This document shows, in pieces, positions 9,517 to 19,052 of a DNA stretch of 64,000 nucleotides (its first letter is position 1; every line of letters starts with the position of its first letter). The notes beneath the pieces are model-generated. The model ran no database searches. It was not told where the DNA came from and saw only the letters and a list, made by a program, of their open reading frames with translations. Both the position numbers and the translations under genes were made by a program. This DNA is from Candidatus Caldarchaeales archaeon (lineage in GTDB: Archaea; Thermoproteota; Nitrososphaeria_A; Caldarchaeales; Calditenuaceae): the NCBI GenBank assembly GCA_039630085.1, contig JBCNVM010000002.1, positions 32,001 through 96,000 on the forward strand, written 5' to 3'.

Positions 9517-10413
9517 TCAGGAGGAGCTGGAGCCCCCGAAGTAGACGAAGAAGTCCTCGTCCTCGACCAGCAACTTCATCTCGTCGAAGTCCACCTTCTC
9601 TCCCCTCTCGAGCTTCTCGAGGGCCTCCTTCTTCTTCCTCTCCTTCGCCGTCGAGACCCTCCTCTTCCAGAGCTCCTCCCTCTCGGCCCTCAGCGTCCTC
9701 CTGAGGTCGTAGACCCTCGATGCCAGGAGTATGGTCTCGGCCTCGTACCTGTCCCACGCGTTCTTCAGCTGGAGGTACTTCTGCTTGACCTCCTCGTGCT
9801 TCGCCTTGAGCTCGTCGTACTTCGCGTTCAGGACCTTCAGCTCGTTGTTGATCGCGGAGAGCCTGCCGTTGAGGTTGTCGAGCTCGCCCCTCTTCGCGTC
9901 CAGCTCCCTCTTCTTCTGCTCGACATCGGGGTAGAGCCTGAGGAGCTCCTCGTTGATCTTGAGGGCCTTCTCGTACTCGTTCAGCATCGCCTCGAGCCTA
10001 GAGGCCTCCTCGAAGAGCCTCCTCTCCTCCTCCCTCCTGACCCTGTGGGCGGCGAGGTAGAGGTCGATCTCATCGAGCCTCCTCCTGATCCTCTCGACGT
10101 CTATCCTCTTCATCACCCCCTTGATCTCGCCGCGCTTGCTCCTGATCTCGAAGACCATGTTCAGAAGCTCCTCCCTAAGCCTCCTGACCTCAGACCTCAG
10201 GCTCCTGACCGAGTCGATCAGCGACAGCTTCTCCGCCTTGAGGTTGGCGATCTGCTCCCTGATCCTCCTCATCTCCTCCCAGATCGAGTTCTTGACCTTG
10301 TACTGCTTGAGGGCCTCCTCCTTCACCTCGCTGACCTTCTCCTGTAGCTCCTTGAGCCTCTCGCGGACCTCGTAGAGCTGCTCCTCGGCCGCGTTGTGCT
10401 CTGCGTAGCTCAT
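9517..10413 (-). CDS. Archaeal coiled-coil protein (COG1340-like)
   Basis: Heptad-rich; C-terminal 'EKLERGEKVDFDEMKLL'. Confidence 0.7.
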   Translation of the reverse strand: MSYAEHNAAEEQLYEVRERLKELQEKVSEVKEEALKQYKVKNSIWEEMRRIREQIANLKAEKLSLIDSVRSLRSEVRRLREELLNMVFEIRSKRGEIKGVMKRIDVERIRRRLDEIDLYLAAHRVRREEERRLFEEASRLEAMLNEYEKALKINEELLRLYPDVEQKKRELDAKRGELDNLNGRLSAINNELKVLNAKYDELKAKHEEVKQKYLQLKNAWDRYEAETILLASRVYDLRRTLRAEREELWKRRVSTAKERKKKEALEKLERGEKVDFDEMKLLVEDEDFFVYFGGSSSS

Positions 10414-11171
10414 CTCAGCTCATCCTCCCCTTCACCGAAGGTCCTAGTTATAGCCATATGCAGGGCCGGGAACCCGTCCATCGTCTTCGAGGAGACGATC
10501 ACGTGGGGGACGAAGGCCCTGATCTCGCTGACGGCCTTCGCGACCTCCCTCGCCATCAGTAGGGTCACTCCGCCGCTCCTCCTGTCGAGGTCGACCTCGT
10601 AAGCCTCTTGGGAGCTCAGCCACCTCGAGATCCTGGCCAAGACCCTCCTCGGGACGACGTCGGACTTCGTGACCGCCATCACCATCGGCATCGCGAACCT
10701 CAAGTAGACCGAGGCTGCGAGGAACATCGAGGAGGCGAACGTCCTCGGGGTATGGGAGAGTATCGGGTCGAGGAGGTAGAGGATCACGCCCCTCTCGAGG
10801 GTGAGGGCCCTCGCCACGACCAGGCCCTCCCTCCTGAACGCGAAGATCTCCATCTGGCCCGGCGTGTCGACGATCAGGTAGTCGACGTGGAGGCCCTGGA
10901 CCTCCTCGACCAGCGCCTCGACGTTCCTCGCGACCTCCCTCACGGAGTAGATGAGGGCCGAGTTCGGCCCCACGCCCCTCACCGCCATTATCTTTTCGTA
11001 GTCGACCATCTCCCTCACGTCCACGTCGGGCTCGTAGGGGAGCGTGATCGCCGCTGGGTCCAAGTTCACGGTAGCGACGGACTGCTCGTTCTCCCTCAGC
11101 CAGTCGACCAGCGCGGACGTCAGCGTCGACTTTCCCGAAGACGCCGTGCCCACGACGAATATGGTCCTCAA
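10410..11171 (-). CDS. GPN-loop GTPase
   Basis: GTASSGKST, NLDP, 'GVGPN', DTPGQME. Confidence 0.9.
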   Translation of the reverse strand: MRTIFVVGTASSGKSTLTSALVDWLRENEQSVATVNLDPAAITLPYEPDVDVREMVDYEKIMAVRGVGPNSALIYSVREVARNVEALVEEVQGLHVDYLIVDTPGQMEIFAFRREGLVVARALTLERGVILYLLDPILSHTPRTFASSMFLAASVYLRFAMPMVMAVTKSDVVPRRVLARISRWLSSQEAYEVDLDRRSGGVTLLMAREVAKAVSEIRAFVPHVIVSSKTMDGFPALHMAITRTFGEGEDELR

Positions 11172-11278
11172 GAGCGCGCTGCTCTGCGTTCCGCCAAGGA
11201 TTTAACCATGAAGTCGGAGCCTGCTCGGAGTCCGCACCCGGTCAGACGTCGGTCGCCGCGGACCGGGTGGTGACTCCG

Positions 11279-11782
11279 TCACCTCCCGACCTGCAGGAGT
11301 ATCCCGGCCGCGACCGTCGCGCCGGCCAGCAGCAGGGCCACGAGGTGACCCGCGCCGAGGCCCGTCAGCCCGGTGTAGAGCATGTACCCGCCGATCGCGG
11401 ACGAGGCAACGACGAGGAGGAACTCGTGGAAGAAGAACCCGACTAGGAACCCGATGAAGGCCACCAGGAGGGCCAACGCGAAGCCCGAGCCGAGCGAGGA
11501 CGCGACGACGTACCCGAGGAGCGCGAGGACCAGTCCGGCGCCCACCCGAAGGAGCAAGAGGCCCACGAACCCCAGCCCCGCGAAGGCGAGGACCGTGACC
11601 ACGTCGAGGAGGAACGGCGAGAGCCTCCCCGCGAGCGCCTCCCTCAGCAGAAGCGCTCCCAGCGCGCCGGCCGCGACGAAGGCCGCCAGCTTCAGGACCT
11701 TCTTTCCGAGGAACGCGAGGAGGAGCCCAAGCCCCATCAGGATCAGGTTGAGGGCGGTGCCAGGTATCGGGACCGACTCCAC
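11279..11782 (-). CDS. Polytopic membrane protein (DUF4203/TMEM198-like)
   Basis: 6-7 Gly-rich TM helices. Confidence 0.6.
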   Translation of the reverse strand: MESVPIPGTALNLILMGLGLLLAFLGKKVLKLAAFVAAGALGALLLREALAGRLSPFLLDVVTVLAFAGLGFVGLLLLRVGAGLVLALLGYVVASSLGSGFALALLVAFIGFLVGFFFHEFLLVVASSAIGGYMLYTGLTGLGAGHLVALLLAGATVAAGILLQVGR

Positions 11783-11789
11783 CGGCCCC

Positions 11790-11975
11790 TCACCGGATCA
11801 CCCTCAGGAGCCGGAGGCCGTTCAGCAGGAGCGCGACTCCGAGCGCGGCCACCAGCACCCCGATGAGCTCGACGATCAGCCTCCAGCTGACTGCGAGCCC
11901 GACGACCAGCAGGATCAGGCCCACGACGACGTAGAGAACGCCGGTTGTCTCCCCGCCGCCGGCCAAACCGATCAC
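11790..11975 (-). CDS. Small two-TM membrane protein
   Basis: 61 aa, hydrophobic, packed directly behind rps15. Confidence 0.55.
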   Translation of the reverse strand: MIGLAGGGETTGVLYVVVGLILLVVGLAVSWRLIVELIGVLVAALGVALLLNGLRLLRVIR

Positions 11976-12422
11976 CTATGCGTAGGTGTAGAGCGTCCTG
12001 AACTGGAAGTCCTTCGGGAGCCTCCCGATCCTCTTGTAGTACTTCACGAGCCTGTGTATCCTCGCCTCGACGAGCTGGAGCCTGTGCCTGTTGTACCTGT
12101 CGGACCTGTTGTTCTGGAGGTGGACGTGCATCCTCCTCGCCCTCTCGATCAGGTTCATCAGGTCCTCCGGAATCTCCTGGCCCAGTCCGCGCTCCCTGAG
12201 TATCTGCGTGACGCTCTTCCCCGTGATCGCCCTCACGAGCGGGATCCCGTGCTGGTCCCTCAGGACCGTCCCGATCATGCTGGGGGACATGCCCTGCCTC
12301 GCGTAGCTCACGACCAGCTCCTCGACCTCCTCCGGTGTGGCCGTCACCCAAGAGGGGGTGGACTTCGAGATCGGGCGCTTCGACCCGGACTTGCCGCGCT
12401 TCCTCGCGTGCATCCGCGCCAT
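11976..12422 (-). CDS. rps15: 30S ribosomal protein uS15
   Basis: 'MARMHARKRGKSGSKRP', 'LRDQHGIP', 'RLVKYYK'. Confidence 0.97.
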   Translation of the reverse strand: MARMHARKRGKSGSKRPISKSTPSWVTATPEEVEELVVSYARQGMSPSMIGTVLRDQHGIPLVRAITGKSVTQILRERGLGQEIPEDLMNLIERARRMHVHLQNNRSDRYNRHRLQLVEARIHRLVKYYKRIGRLPKDFQFRTLYTYA

Positions 12423-12535
12423 TTCCGTCCCCTCAACGGGCGCTCGCTCTAAAGATAAACCGTGCGGGTTACCAAGCCCGCTCACGGGCAGAGGCCGTTA
12501 AAGTTCATAGAGCGACGAGTCGGTGCATCGAGCGG

Positions 12536-12955
12536 ATGATCAGGCTGAGGAAGGCCCACGTCGAGGAGATGAGGTCCCACCTCTCCTCGGTCTACCCGGA
12601 GGAGGGTTGCGGCCTTCTGGTGGGAAGGGTGGTTAACGGCGTGAGGGAGGTCGAGAGGCTGGTCCCGATGAAAAACGTCTACAACGGCTCGAGGAGGAAC
12701 AGGTACTCGATAGACCCGCTGGAGTACGTGAAGGTCGAGAGGGAGGCGGTCGAGAAGGGCGAGGTCGTCCTCGGAGTCTACCACAGCCACCCCGATTATC
12801 CCGCGGTCCCGAGCAGCTACGACCTAGAGCACGCTGTCCCTGAGTTCACTTACGTGATCGTCTCGATCTCCGGTAGGGAGGTCAAGGGGATATCCGCGTG
12901 GAGGCTCGACGATGTCCTGAGGAGGTTCGAGGTCGAGGACATGTCGATCGAGTAG
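12536..12955 (+). CDS. JAMM/MPN+ (M67) metalloprotease
   Basis: 'PEEGCG' and 'YHSHP..PS..D' JAMM motif. Confidence 0.9.
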   Translation: MIRLRKAHVEEMRSHLSSVYPEEGCGLLVGRVVNGVREVERLVPMKNVYNGSRRNRYSIDPLEYVKVEREAVEKGEVVLGVYHSHPDYPAVPSSYDLEHAVPEFTYVIVSISGREVKGISAWRLDDVLRRFEVEDMSIE

Positions 12956-12959
12956 CCTC

Positions 12960-14165
12960 TCAGCCCGTGCACCCCCTCTCCGACGGCCTAAAGACGTGGA
13001 GCTCCTGAAAGTCGCTCGAGAGGAAGACCGCGCCGAGCTTCAGGTGCCTGACGGCGTCTCTGTAGCTCGTCAGGATCCTGACCGCGTTCCTCGACTTGAC
13101 GAATCCCATCAGCATCGCGAGGCTGAGGACCCGGAACCTCTCGTCGAGCACGTATGAGAGCAGCCCGACGCCCGCCTTCCTGAGGTCCGGGCTTGCGTCG
13201 AACTCGTCTGGGGCTAGCAGGGCCGCGTCGACGCCGTGCCGCTCCGCGTCCAAGACCGCCTCCTCGAAGTAGGGCTCAGGGTCGTCTAGGTAGGAGTCGG
13301 AGAACACGGTCGAGTACCTGATCCAGCTCTTCACCAGCTGCCTGACGGAGCTCTCCCTGAAGGCGTTCGATGTCCTCATCTCCCTGGCCCTCTTCCTCTC
13401 CTCCCTGCTCCTCGAGGCCATGGTCTCCGGCCTCTCGAGGAAGACCGCCTCGGCCCCCACTCCCTCGATCGCCCTCCTCATCTCCTCCGGGGGCTCGATC
13501 CCCATCAGCAGGACGTGCGTCGGCCTCACCGCCCTGATCAGCTCGGACTTGTGGAGGACCGCGTCGTCGCCGTCGATCCAGCCGTCCACGTCGATGAGGA
13601 CCCTCTCTGAGCCCGCGAGGTCCTGCAGGACCCTCCTCGCGACCGCGACCGACCTGCCGACGCAGAGCGAGGGCGACGTGAACCCGAAGGCGTAGACCGC
13701 CTCGGCCCTGAGGCCGTAAAGCGCGTGGGTGCTTGACCCGGCCCTCGCGTACCCGACCGTCGTGGGAGGACAGATCTCGCCCTGGCCGACGTCGAGGTCG
13801 ACGAAGTGGACCTCTCCCCTCGAGACCGAGCCGTTCAGCAGCGTCAAGAGGACCGAGGTCTTGCCCGAGTCGACCCTCCCTAACGCCATAACCCTGAACT
13901 TCTCGCCGAGCGAGTCTGCCAGTCTCCTCCACGACTCCGGGATTGGGTCGAAGTCCAGCTCCTCGTGGGAGCTTCCGGTCCCGAGGCTCAGCACCACGGT
14001 GGAGTCCTCCAGCGCTGTGATGGGCACCGTCTTCCACGGCTTCACCAAGACGCTCTCCCCTCTCCTCGGCCGGTGCCCGAAGACCTCGACCGCCCCCGAC
14101 TCGAGGGAGGCCGACGCCGGGCCCTTCAGCAGCACGGCCCTCCCCTTCTTCAGCTCCAGCCTCAT
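12960..14165 (-). CDS. Clp1-like polynucleotide 5'-OH kinase
   Basis: 'LLKGPAS', 'GRVDSGKT', 'DLDVGQ', 'DVDGW', 'RSREERKRAR'. Confidence 0.85.
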   Translation of the reverse strand: MRLELKKGRAVLLKGPASASLESGAVEVFGHRPRRGESVLVKPWKTVPITALEDSTVVLSLGTGSSHEELDFDPIPESWRRLADSLGEKFRVMALGRVDSGKTSVLLTLLNGSVSRGEVHFVDLDVGQGEICPPTTVGYARAGSSTHALYGLRAEAVYAFGFTSPSLCVGRSVAVARRVLQDLAGSERVLIDVDGWIDGDDAVLHKSELIRAVRPTHVLLMGIEPPEEMRRAIEGVGAEAVFLERPETMASRSREERKRAREMRTSNAFRESSVRQLVKSWIRYSTVFSDSYLDDPEPYFEEAVLDAERHGVDAALLAPDEFDASPDLRKAGVGLLSYVLDERFRVLSLAMLMGFVKSRNAVRILTSYRDAVRHLKLGAVFLSSDFQELHVFRPSERGCTG

Positions 14166-14272
14166 GCACCGTCTGAACCGCCTCAGCTGGGAAAAAAGTT
14201 GAGGCAGGCAGGACCGATGACTCCGGGACCGCGCCGCCAAACCTTATTACAGGCGCGGGGCGAGATCGACCG

Positions 14273-15064
14273 ATGAGCTGGGGCCTCCAGAACAGGCTCT
14301 CCAGGATCATCAAGCCCTCGACGAAGAGGACCGTGATGCTCGCGGTGGACCACGGCTACTTCCTCGGACCCATCAAGGGCCTCGAGAACCCGAGGAGGAC
14401 CATAACGCCGCTCCTGCCCTACGCCGACGCGATCATGCTGACGAGGGGGGTCCTGAGGACGAGCGTCGACCCAACAGTCGACGTCCCGATCGTGCTGAGG
14501 GTCTCCGGGGGCAACACGATAGCGGGCCCCGCGCTCGGCGACGAGGAGATCGTGACCTCGGTCGAGGACGCGGTGAGGCTGAACGCCTCTGCCCTGGCCT
14601 TCTCGATCTACGTCGGCACCCAGTATGAGCACCAGACGCTGAAGGCCCTCGCCCAGCTGATCGACCTCGGGGAGACCTACGGCATACCAGTCCTCGCGGT
14701 CACCGCGGTGGGCAGGGAGCTCGAGAAGCGCGAGACCAAGTACATCGCCCTGGCGTGCAGGGTGGCGGCGGAGCTCGGCGCCCACTTCATCAAGACCTAC
14801 TACACGCCGGAGTTCGAGAAGGTCGTCGACTCGGCCCCGGTGCCCCTCGTGATAGCCGGCGGGCCCAAGATGGAGACGGAGCTCGACGCGCTGAAGCTCG
14901 CCTACGACGCGGTCCAGGCGGGAGCCGCGGGCGTCGACTTCGGGAGGAACGCCTTCCAGTCACCGAACCCGGTCGGGATGATCAAGGCCCTTAGGAGGAT
15001 CGTCCACGAGAACTGGACTCCTAAGGAGGCGGCCCAAGAGCTGGGCCAGCTGGCCGTGAGGTGA
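14273..15064 (+). CDS. lsrF: LsrF-like class I (DhnA) aldolase/thiolase
   Basis: 'WGLQNRLSRI', 'MLAVDHGYFLGP', 'KTYY', 'IAGGPK', 'GVDFGRN'. Confidence 0.8.
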   Translation: MSWGLQNRLSRIIKPSTKRTVMLAVDHGYFLGPIKGLENPRRTITPLLPYADAIMLTRGVLRTSVDPTVDVPIVLRVSGGNTIAGPALGDEEIVTSVEDAVRLNASALAFSIYVGTQYEHQTLKALAQLIDLGETYGIPVLAVTAVGRELEKRETKYIALACRVAAELGAHFIKTYYTPEFEKVVDSAPVPLVIAGGPKMETELDALKLAYDAVQAGAAGVDFGRNAFQSPNPVGMIKALRRIVHENWTPKEAAQELGQLAVR

Positions 15065-15568
15065 TCAGGTCCCGCCGGAGCCCCTCTCGTCGCTCACCAG
15101 CACCAGCCCCTCCGAGGTCACGAGCCTCAGCAGCTCGCCGTACTTCAGCTCGATCTCGACGACCGTGCCGTCGGGGTCCGAGAGGTCGATGACCTCCCTC
15201 CTCTTCCAGACGTAGCCGCCGGACTTCAGGTTGAGCCTGCTGAAGGTCCCCACGAGGCTCAGCGGTATCCTCCTGGACCTGAAGGGGAGCAGGTACTCGA
15301 CGAAGCAGAACCTGTGGGCCCTGTCGTGGACGTCGCCGTAGAACGTGTTGAAGTAGAGGTGGAGCGGCTCGGACCTGTAGTACGTCTCCCAGGTCGTGTA
15401 CCTCGAGTAGTAGGGGACCCATCCCTCGTCCCGGAGCTCCATGTCCTCAAGGGAGACAGGCCTCCTCCAGCCGGAGACCAGGAAGCCCCGCTCCTCCAGC
15501 TTCGGGATCACGGCGCCCCTCAGTATCCCCTGCCGGAGCAGCTCGATCCTCTCCCTCTGCGTCGTCAT
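15065..15568 (-). CDS. Hypothetical protein
   Basis: Native codon bias; AT-rich divergent promoter upstream; aromatic-rich. Confidence 0.6.
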   Translation of the reverse strand: MTTQRERIELLRQGILRGAVIPKLEERGFLVSGWRRPVSLEDMELRDEGWVPYYSRYTTWETYYRSEPLHLYFNTFYGDVHDRAHRFCFVEYLLPFRSRRIPLSLVGTFSRLNLKSGGYVWKRREVIDLSDPDGTVVEIELKYGELLRLVTSEGLVLVSDERGSGGT

Positions 15569-15608
15569 CGCGTTACCGACCTTGTTTCTTCCGACCGGAG
15601 GGTCCACA

Positions 15609-15619
15609 TTTTATATTAA
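15609..15619. promoter_or_regulatory. Bidirectional TATA-like element
   Basis: TTTTATATTAA between divergent genes starting at 15568 (-) and 15643 (+). Confidence 0.5.
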
Positions 15620-15642
15620 GTTGTCTCGCGACCTGCGGCGGG

Positions 15643-16605
15643 ATGAAGTGCAGGGCGAGGGCGTTCACGATGCAGGCCCTCGTGAAGTACCACGGGATGA
15701 GGGACTGGGCCCTGAGGATTCCTTACCACGACAGCGTCTCCGTGAACACGGACGTCGCGTACGTCGACGCGGAGGTCGAGTTCGGCGACTTCGACTCGGA
15801 CTCGGTCGTCACGAACGGAGAGGTCGCGAGGGGCAGGTCGCTGGAGAGGGTGATCAGCGTGATAGACAGGGTCAGGTCGCTCGCGGGGATCGAGGAGAGG
15901 GTGAGGGTCGTCACGGAGAACCAGCCGAAGGTCAGGGCAAAGGGGATGGGCTACTCCGCGGCCGCGGGGGCATCGATCGCGAAGGCCGCGCTCCACGCCG
16001 CGGGGCTACGGGAGCTTGCGGAGGACCCGAGGTTCCTCTCGAGGGTCGCGAGGCTCCTCGCGGGCTCGGCCTGCAGGTCAGCGGTCGGGAAGTTCGCGAG
16101 GTGGTACGCGGGGACTTCCGACGAGGACAGCTACGCGGAGGCCTTCGCCGACGAGAGGGACATGGACCTGAGGTTCGTGATCGTCCCGCTCCACGCGGAC
16201 ATCGCCACCGAGGACGCCCACCGGGAGGCCGAGACCTCGCCCTTCTTCAGGGAGAGGATCAGGACCGCGAACGAGAGGTGCGACAGGGTCGTCAGGGCGA
16301 TTAAGGACGGAGACTTCGACGCGTTGGGGAGGCTGGTCGAGAGGGACAGCCTCGAGCTCCATGCTATCACAATGACGGGGGACTCGGGGCTCATTCCGGT
16401 CACGCCAGACTCGCTCAGGGTGATCTCGGTGGTGAAGTCCCTCAGGGCCAGGGGCATACCGGCCTACTACTCGATGCAGACGGGCCCGACGGTCTACGTC
16501 AACACCCTCCCCGAGCACGTCGAGGAGGTCGAGCTGGAGCTCAGGGGCGCGGGTTACTTCACGCTGGTCTCCGGCGTCGGCGGGGGAGCGACGGTCATAG
16601 AGTAG
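15643..16605 (+). CDS. mvaD: (Di)phosphomevalonate decarboxylase, GHMP family
   Basis: 'QALVKYHG..RIPYHDSVS', 'GMGYSAA', 'AGSACRS', 'QTGPTV'. Confidence 0.85.
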   Translation: MKCRARAFTMQALVKYHGMRDWALRIPYHDSVSVNTDVAYVDAEVEFGDFDSDSVVTNGEVARGRSLERVISVIDRVRSLAGIEERVRVVTENQPKVRAKGMGYSAAAGASIAKAALHAAGLRELAEDPRFLSRVARLLAGSACRSAVGKFARWYAGTSDEDSYAEAFADERDMDLRFVIVPLHADIATEDAHREAETSPFFRERIRTANERCDRVVRAIKDGDFDALGRLVERDSLELHAITMTGDSGLIPVTPDSLRVISVVKSLRARGIPAYYSMQTGPTVYVNTLPEHVEEVELELRGAGYFTLVSGVGGGATVIE

Positions 16606-16635
16606 GCCTTCACGGGTGGGACGGGCGGAGCGGTT

Positions 16636-17526
16636 TTGAAGGTCGGGATCTGCGTCCCCAACTTCGGCAACAACCTCAGCAGGGAGCTCGTAGTGTCCTC
16701 CGCTGTCGAGGCCGAGCGGCTCGGATACGACTCGGTCTGGGTGACCGATCACATCGCCATCGGCGCGGCGCATACTTATCCCTACGGGAGGACATATGAG
16801 GCCGTCACGACCCTTGCCTATCTGGCCGCGAAGACGGAGTCGGTCAAGCTCGGGACATCGGTGATCGTCGCCCCTCTCAGGAACGCGGTCCTCATCGCGA
16901 AGCAGATGGCAACGCTCGACGTCCTCTCGGGCGGGAGGGTCATCGTCGGCCTCGGCGCGGGATGGGAGCCGACCGAGTTCAGGGCCCTCGGCTCGGACTT
17001 CAGGAGGAGGGGGAGGCTGCTCGACGAGCAGGTCAGGCTGATCAAGGCCCTCTGGTCTGGAAAGGCCCCGGATTTCGCCGGCGAGTTCCACAGGATCGCG
17101 GGCGTGCTCTTCAGCCCGGCCCCGGTCACCGCGGGAGGGCCGCCGATCTGGATCGGCGGGAACTCCGAGAGGGCGGTGAGGAGGGCCCTCGAGCTCGCCG
17201 ACGGCTGGCACTTCACCGGGATGCCCCTGGACGAGTTCGCGGAGCGGATGAGGCTTATCAGGTTCCGGTCGAGGGAGGGCTTCGTCGTCTCGGGGAGGAT
17301 CACGGTGAGGCTCGACCCGAGGGCGAAAGGCGAGGAGGTTCGGGCCGGGTCGGGGGAGAGGAGGTACGTCTTCGGCGGCGACGCGGGGCGGGTCGCTGAG
17401 GACCTCTCGAGGTACTTCGATCTTGGGCTCCAGTACCCGGTCGTCTACCTCGGCGACCTGAGACAGGACGAGCTCAGGGCGAAGATGAGGGAGTTCATCA
17501 GGGAAGTCGCGCCCTCTCTCCCCTAG
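16636..17526 (+). CDS. LLM-class (probably F420-dependent) oxidoreductase
   Basis: 'AERLGYDSVWVTDH', 'LDVLSGGR', 'PPIWIGG'. Confidence 0.88.
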   Translation: MKVGICVPNFGNNLSRELVVSSAVEAERLGYDSVWVTDHIAIGAAHTYPYGRTYEAVTTLAYLAAKTESVKLGTSVIVAPLRNAVLIAKQMATLDVLSGGRVIVGLGAGWEPTEFRALGSDFRRRGRLLDEQVRLIKALWSGKAPDFAGEFHRIAGVLFSPAPVTAGGPPIWIGGNSERAVRRALELADGWHFTGMPLDEFAERMRLIRFRSREGFVVSGRITVRLDPRAKGEEVRAGSGERRYVFGGDAGRVAEDLSRYFDLGLQYPVVYLGDLRQDELRAKMREFIREVAPSLP

Positions 17527-17816
17527 ACCTCCGGGCAGGAGCAGGGCTTAGACCCGCACCGCGGGCACCTGTCCGCGTACTTCGACACGAAGGCCCTCTC
17601 CAAGTCGACGCCCAGCACGTTCGCGAGGCTCGCGAGCCAGGCCAGCACGTCTGCCAGCTCCTCCTCGACCCCGTTCCGGCCTTCCTTGACGACCGCGTCC
17701 GCGACCTCGCCGACCTCCGAGACTAGCCAGAGCAGCGTCCTCTCGGCGCCCCTCCTCGCGTCCTTGTGGCCGTAGAGCTCCCTCATCATCCTCTGGACCT
17801 CCGAGACCGTCGGCAT
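17523..17816 (-). CDS. MazG-like nucleotide pyrophosphohydrolase
   Basis: 'SEVGEV', 'EELADV', C-terminal CPRC..C.C. Confidence 0.85.
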   Translation of the reverse strand: MPTVSEVQRMMRELYGHKDARRGAERTLLWLVSEVGEVADAVVKEGRNGVEEELADVLAWLASLANVLGVDLERAFVSKYADRCPRCGSKPCSCPEV

Positions 17817-17853
17817 GCAGCGGAGAACTTCCGGCCCGGTAAAAATCTGACAG

Positions 17854-18213
17854 CTAGGCTCTGACCCTCCTGAAGAAGCAGGTCCTGTTCCCGGTGTGAC
17901 AGGCGGGGCCCTTGGGCCTGACGAGGTAGAGGAGGGTGTCGCCGTCGCAGTCGACCATCACGTCCACGACCTCCATCGTGTTCCCGGACTCCTCGCCCTT
18001 CATCCAGAGCCTGTTCCTCGACCTGCTCCAGAAGTACGCCCTCCCCTCCCTGAGCGTCGCCTCGAGGGCCTCCCTGTTCGCGAAGGCGACCATCAGGACC
18101 TCCCTGGTCTCGGCGTCCTGGACGACCACCGGCACGAGCCCGTTCGCCTTCGAGAAGTCGACGTCGCTGGGACCTACGGAGCTCAAAGCCTCACCTCCAC
18201 GCCTCTCGACCAT
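17854..18213 (-). CDS. hisI: Phosphoribosyl-AMP cyclohydrolase
   Basis: 'WSRSR..W.KGEESGN', 'DCDGD', 'ACHTG..TCF'. Confidence 0.95.
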   Translation of the reverse strand: MVERRGGEALSSVGPSDVDFSKANGLVPVVVQDAETREVLMVAFANREALEATLREGRAYFWSRSRNRLWMKGEESGNTMEVVDVMVDCDGDTLLYLVRPKGPACHTGNRTCFFRRVRA

Positions 18214-18950
18214 AGGTACTCCTTCACCTGCCTCACGGTCAGCTTCCCGTAGTGGAAGACCGATGCCGCGAGCACCGCGTCAGCCCCTCCCTCCGCGATC
18301 GCAGCGTGGAAGTCCTCGAGGGTTCCTGCGCCTCCGCTGGCTATCACCGGTACGTTCACGGAGCTTGTTATCCTGCGGAGCAGCTCGACGTCGTATCCCA
18401 GCTGCCTCCCGTCCCTGTCTATCGAGGTGACCAGCAGCTCGCCCGCTCCCAGCTCCGCGGCCCTCACGGCCCACTCCTCCGCGGTCAGGTTGGTCGACCT
18501 CGTCCCCGAGTGGGTGTAGACCCTGTAGACGGCTCTTCCACCTGAGGCCTCCCTCGCCGCGTCGATCGCGACCACGACGCACTGGTCGCCGTACCTCCTC
18601 GAGAGCCTCGAGATCAGCTCCGGCCTCTCGACGGCCATCGTGTTGATCGAGACCTTGTCGGCGCCGTTCCTCAGCAGCGCCTCCGCGTCAGCAGGGCTCC
18701 TGACCCCTCCCCCGACCGTGAAGGGTATGTCGATCTCCTCAGCGACCCTCCTGACGACCTCGACCGTCGCGGCCCTCCCCTCGACCGAGGCCGAGACGTC
18801 CAGAAAGACCAGCTCGTCGGCTCCCTCCTGGACGTACCTCTCGGCCAGCTCGACCGGGTCTCCCGCGTCCCTCAGTCCCCTGAACGAGACCCCCTTCACG
18901 ACCCTGCCCTTGTCCACGTCGAGGCACGGGATCACCCTCTTGGCTACCAT
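18183..18950 (-). CDS. hisF: Imidazole glycerol phosphate synthase subunit HisF
   Basis: 'KRVIPCLDV', 'VVKG', 'GADKVSIN', 'IASGGAG'. Confidence 0.96.
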   Translation of the reverse strand: MVAKRVIPCLDVDKGRVVKGVSFRGLRDAGDPVELAERYVQEGADELVFLDVSASVEGRAATVEVVRRVAEEIDIPFTVGGGVRSPADAEALLRNGADKVSINTMAVERPELISRLSRRYGDQCVVVAIDAAREASGGRAVYRVYTHSGTRSTNLTAEEWAVRAAELGAGELLVTSIDRDGRQLGYDVELLRRITSSVNVPVIASGGAGTLEDFHAAIAEGGADAVLAASVFHYGKLTVRQVKEYLWSRGVEVRL

Positions 18951-19052
18951 CCGCAACCCCCCTTCGTCTCCCCTCATTTAACCCGAGCGCCGGATCGGCG
19001 GCCGCGCGATGGGCTTATCAACATCGGGAGCGCTCGAGACGAAGGAGCGCTG

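Noticed and set aside
9517-10413. SMC/ESCRT-like cytoskeletal protein
   Set aside because: No ATPase or ESCRT-III features; fits a common archaeal coiled-coil family
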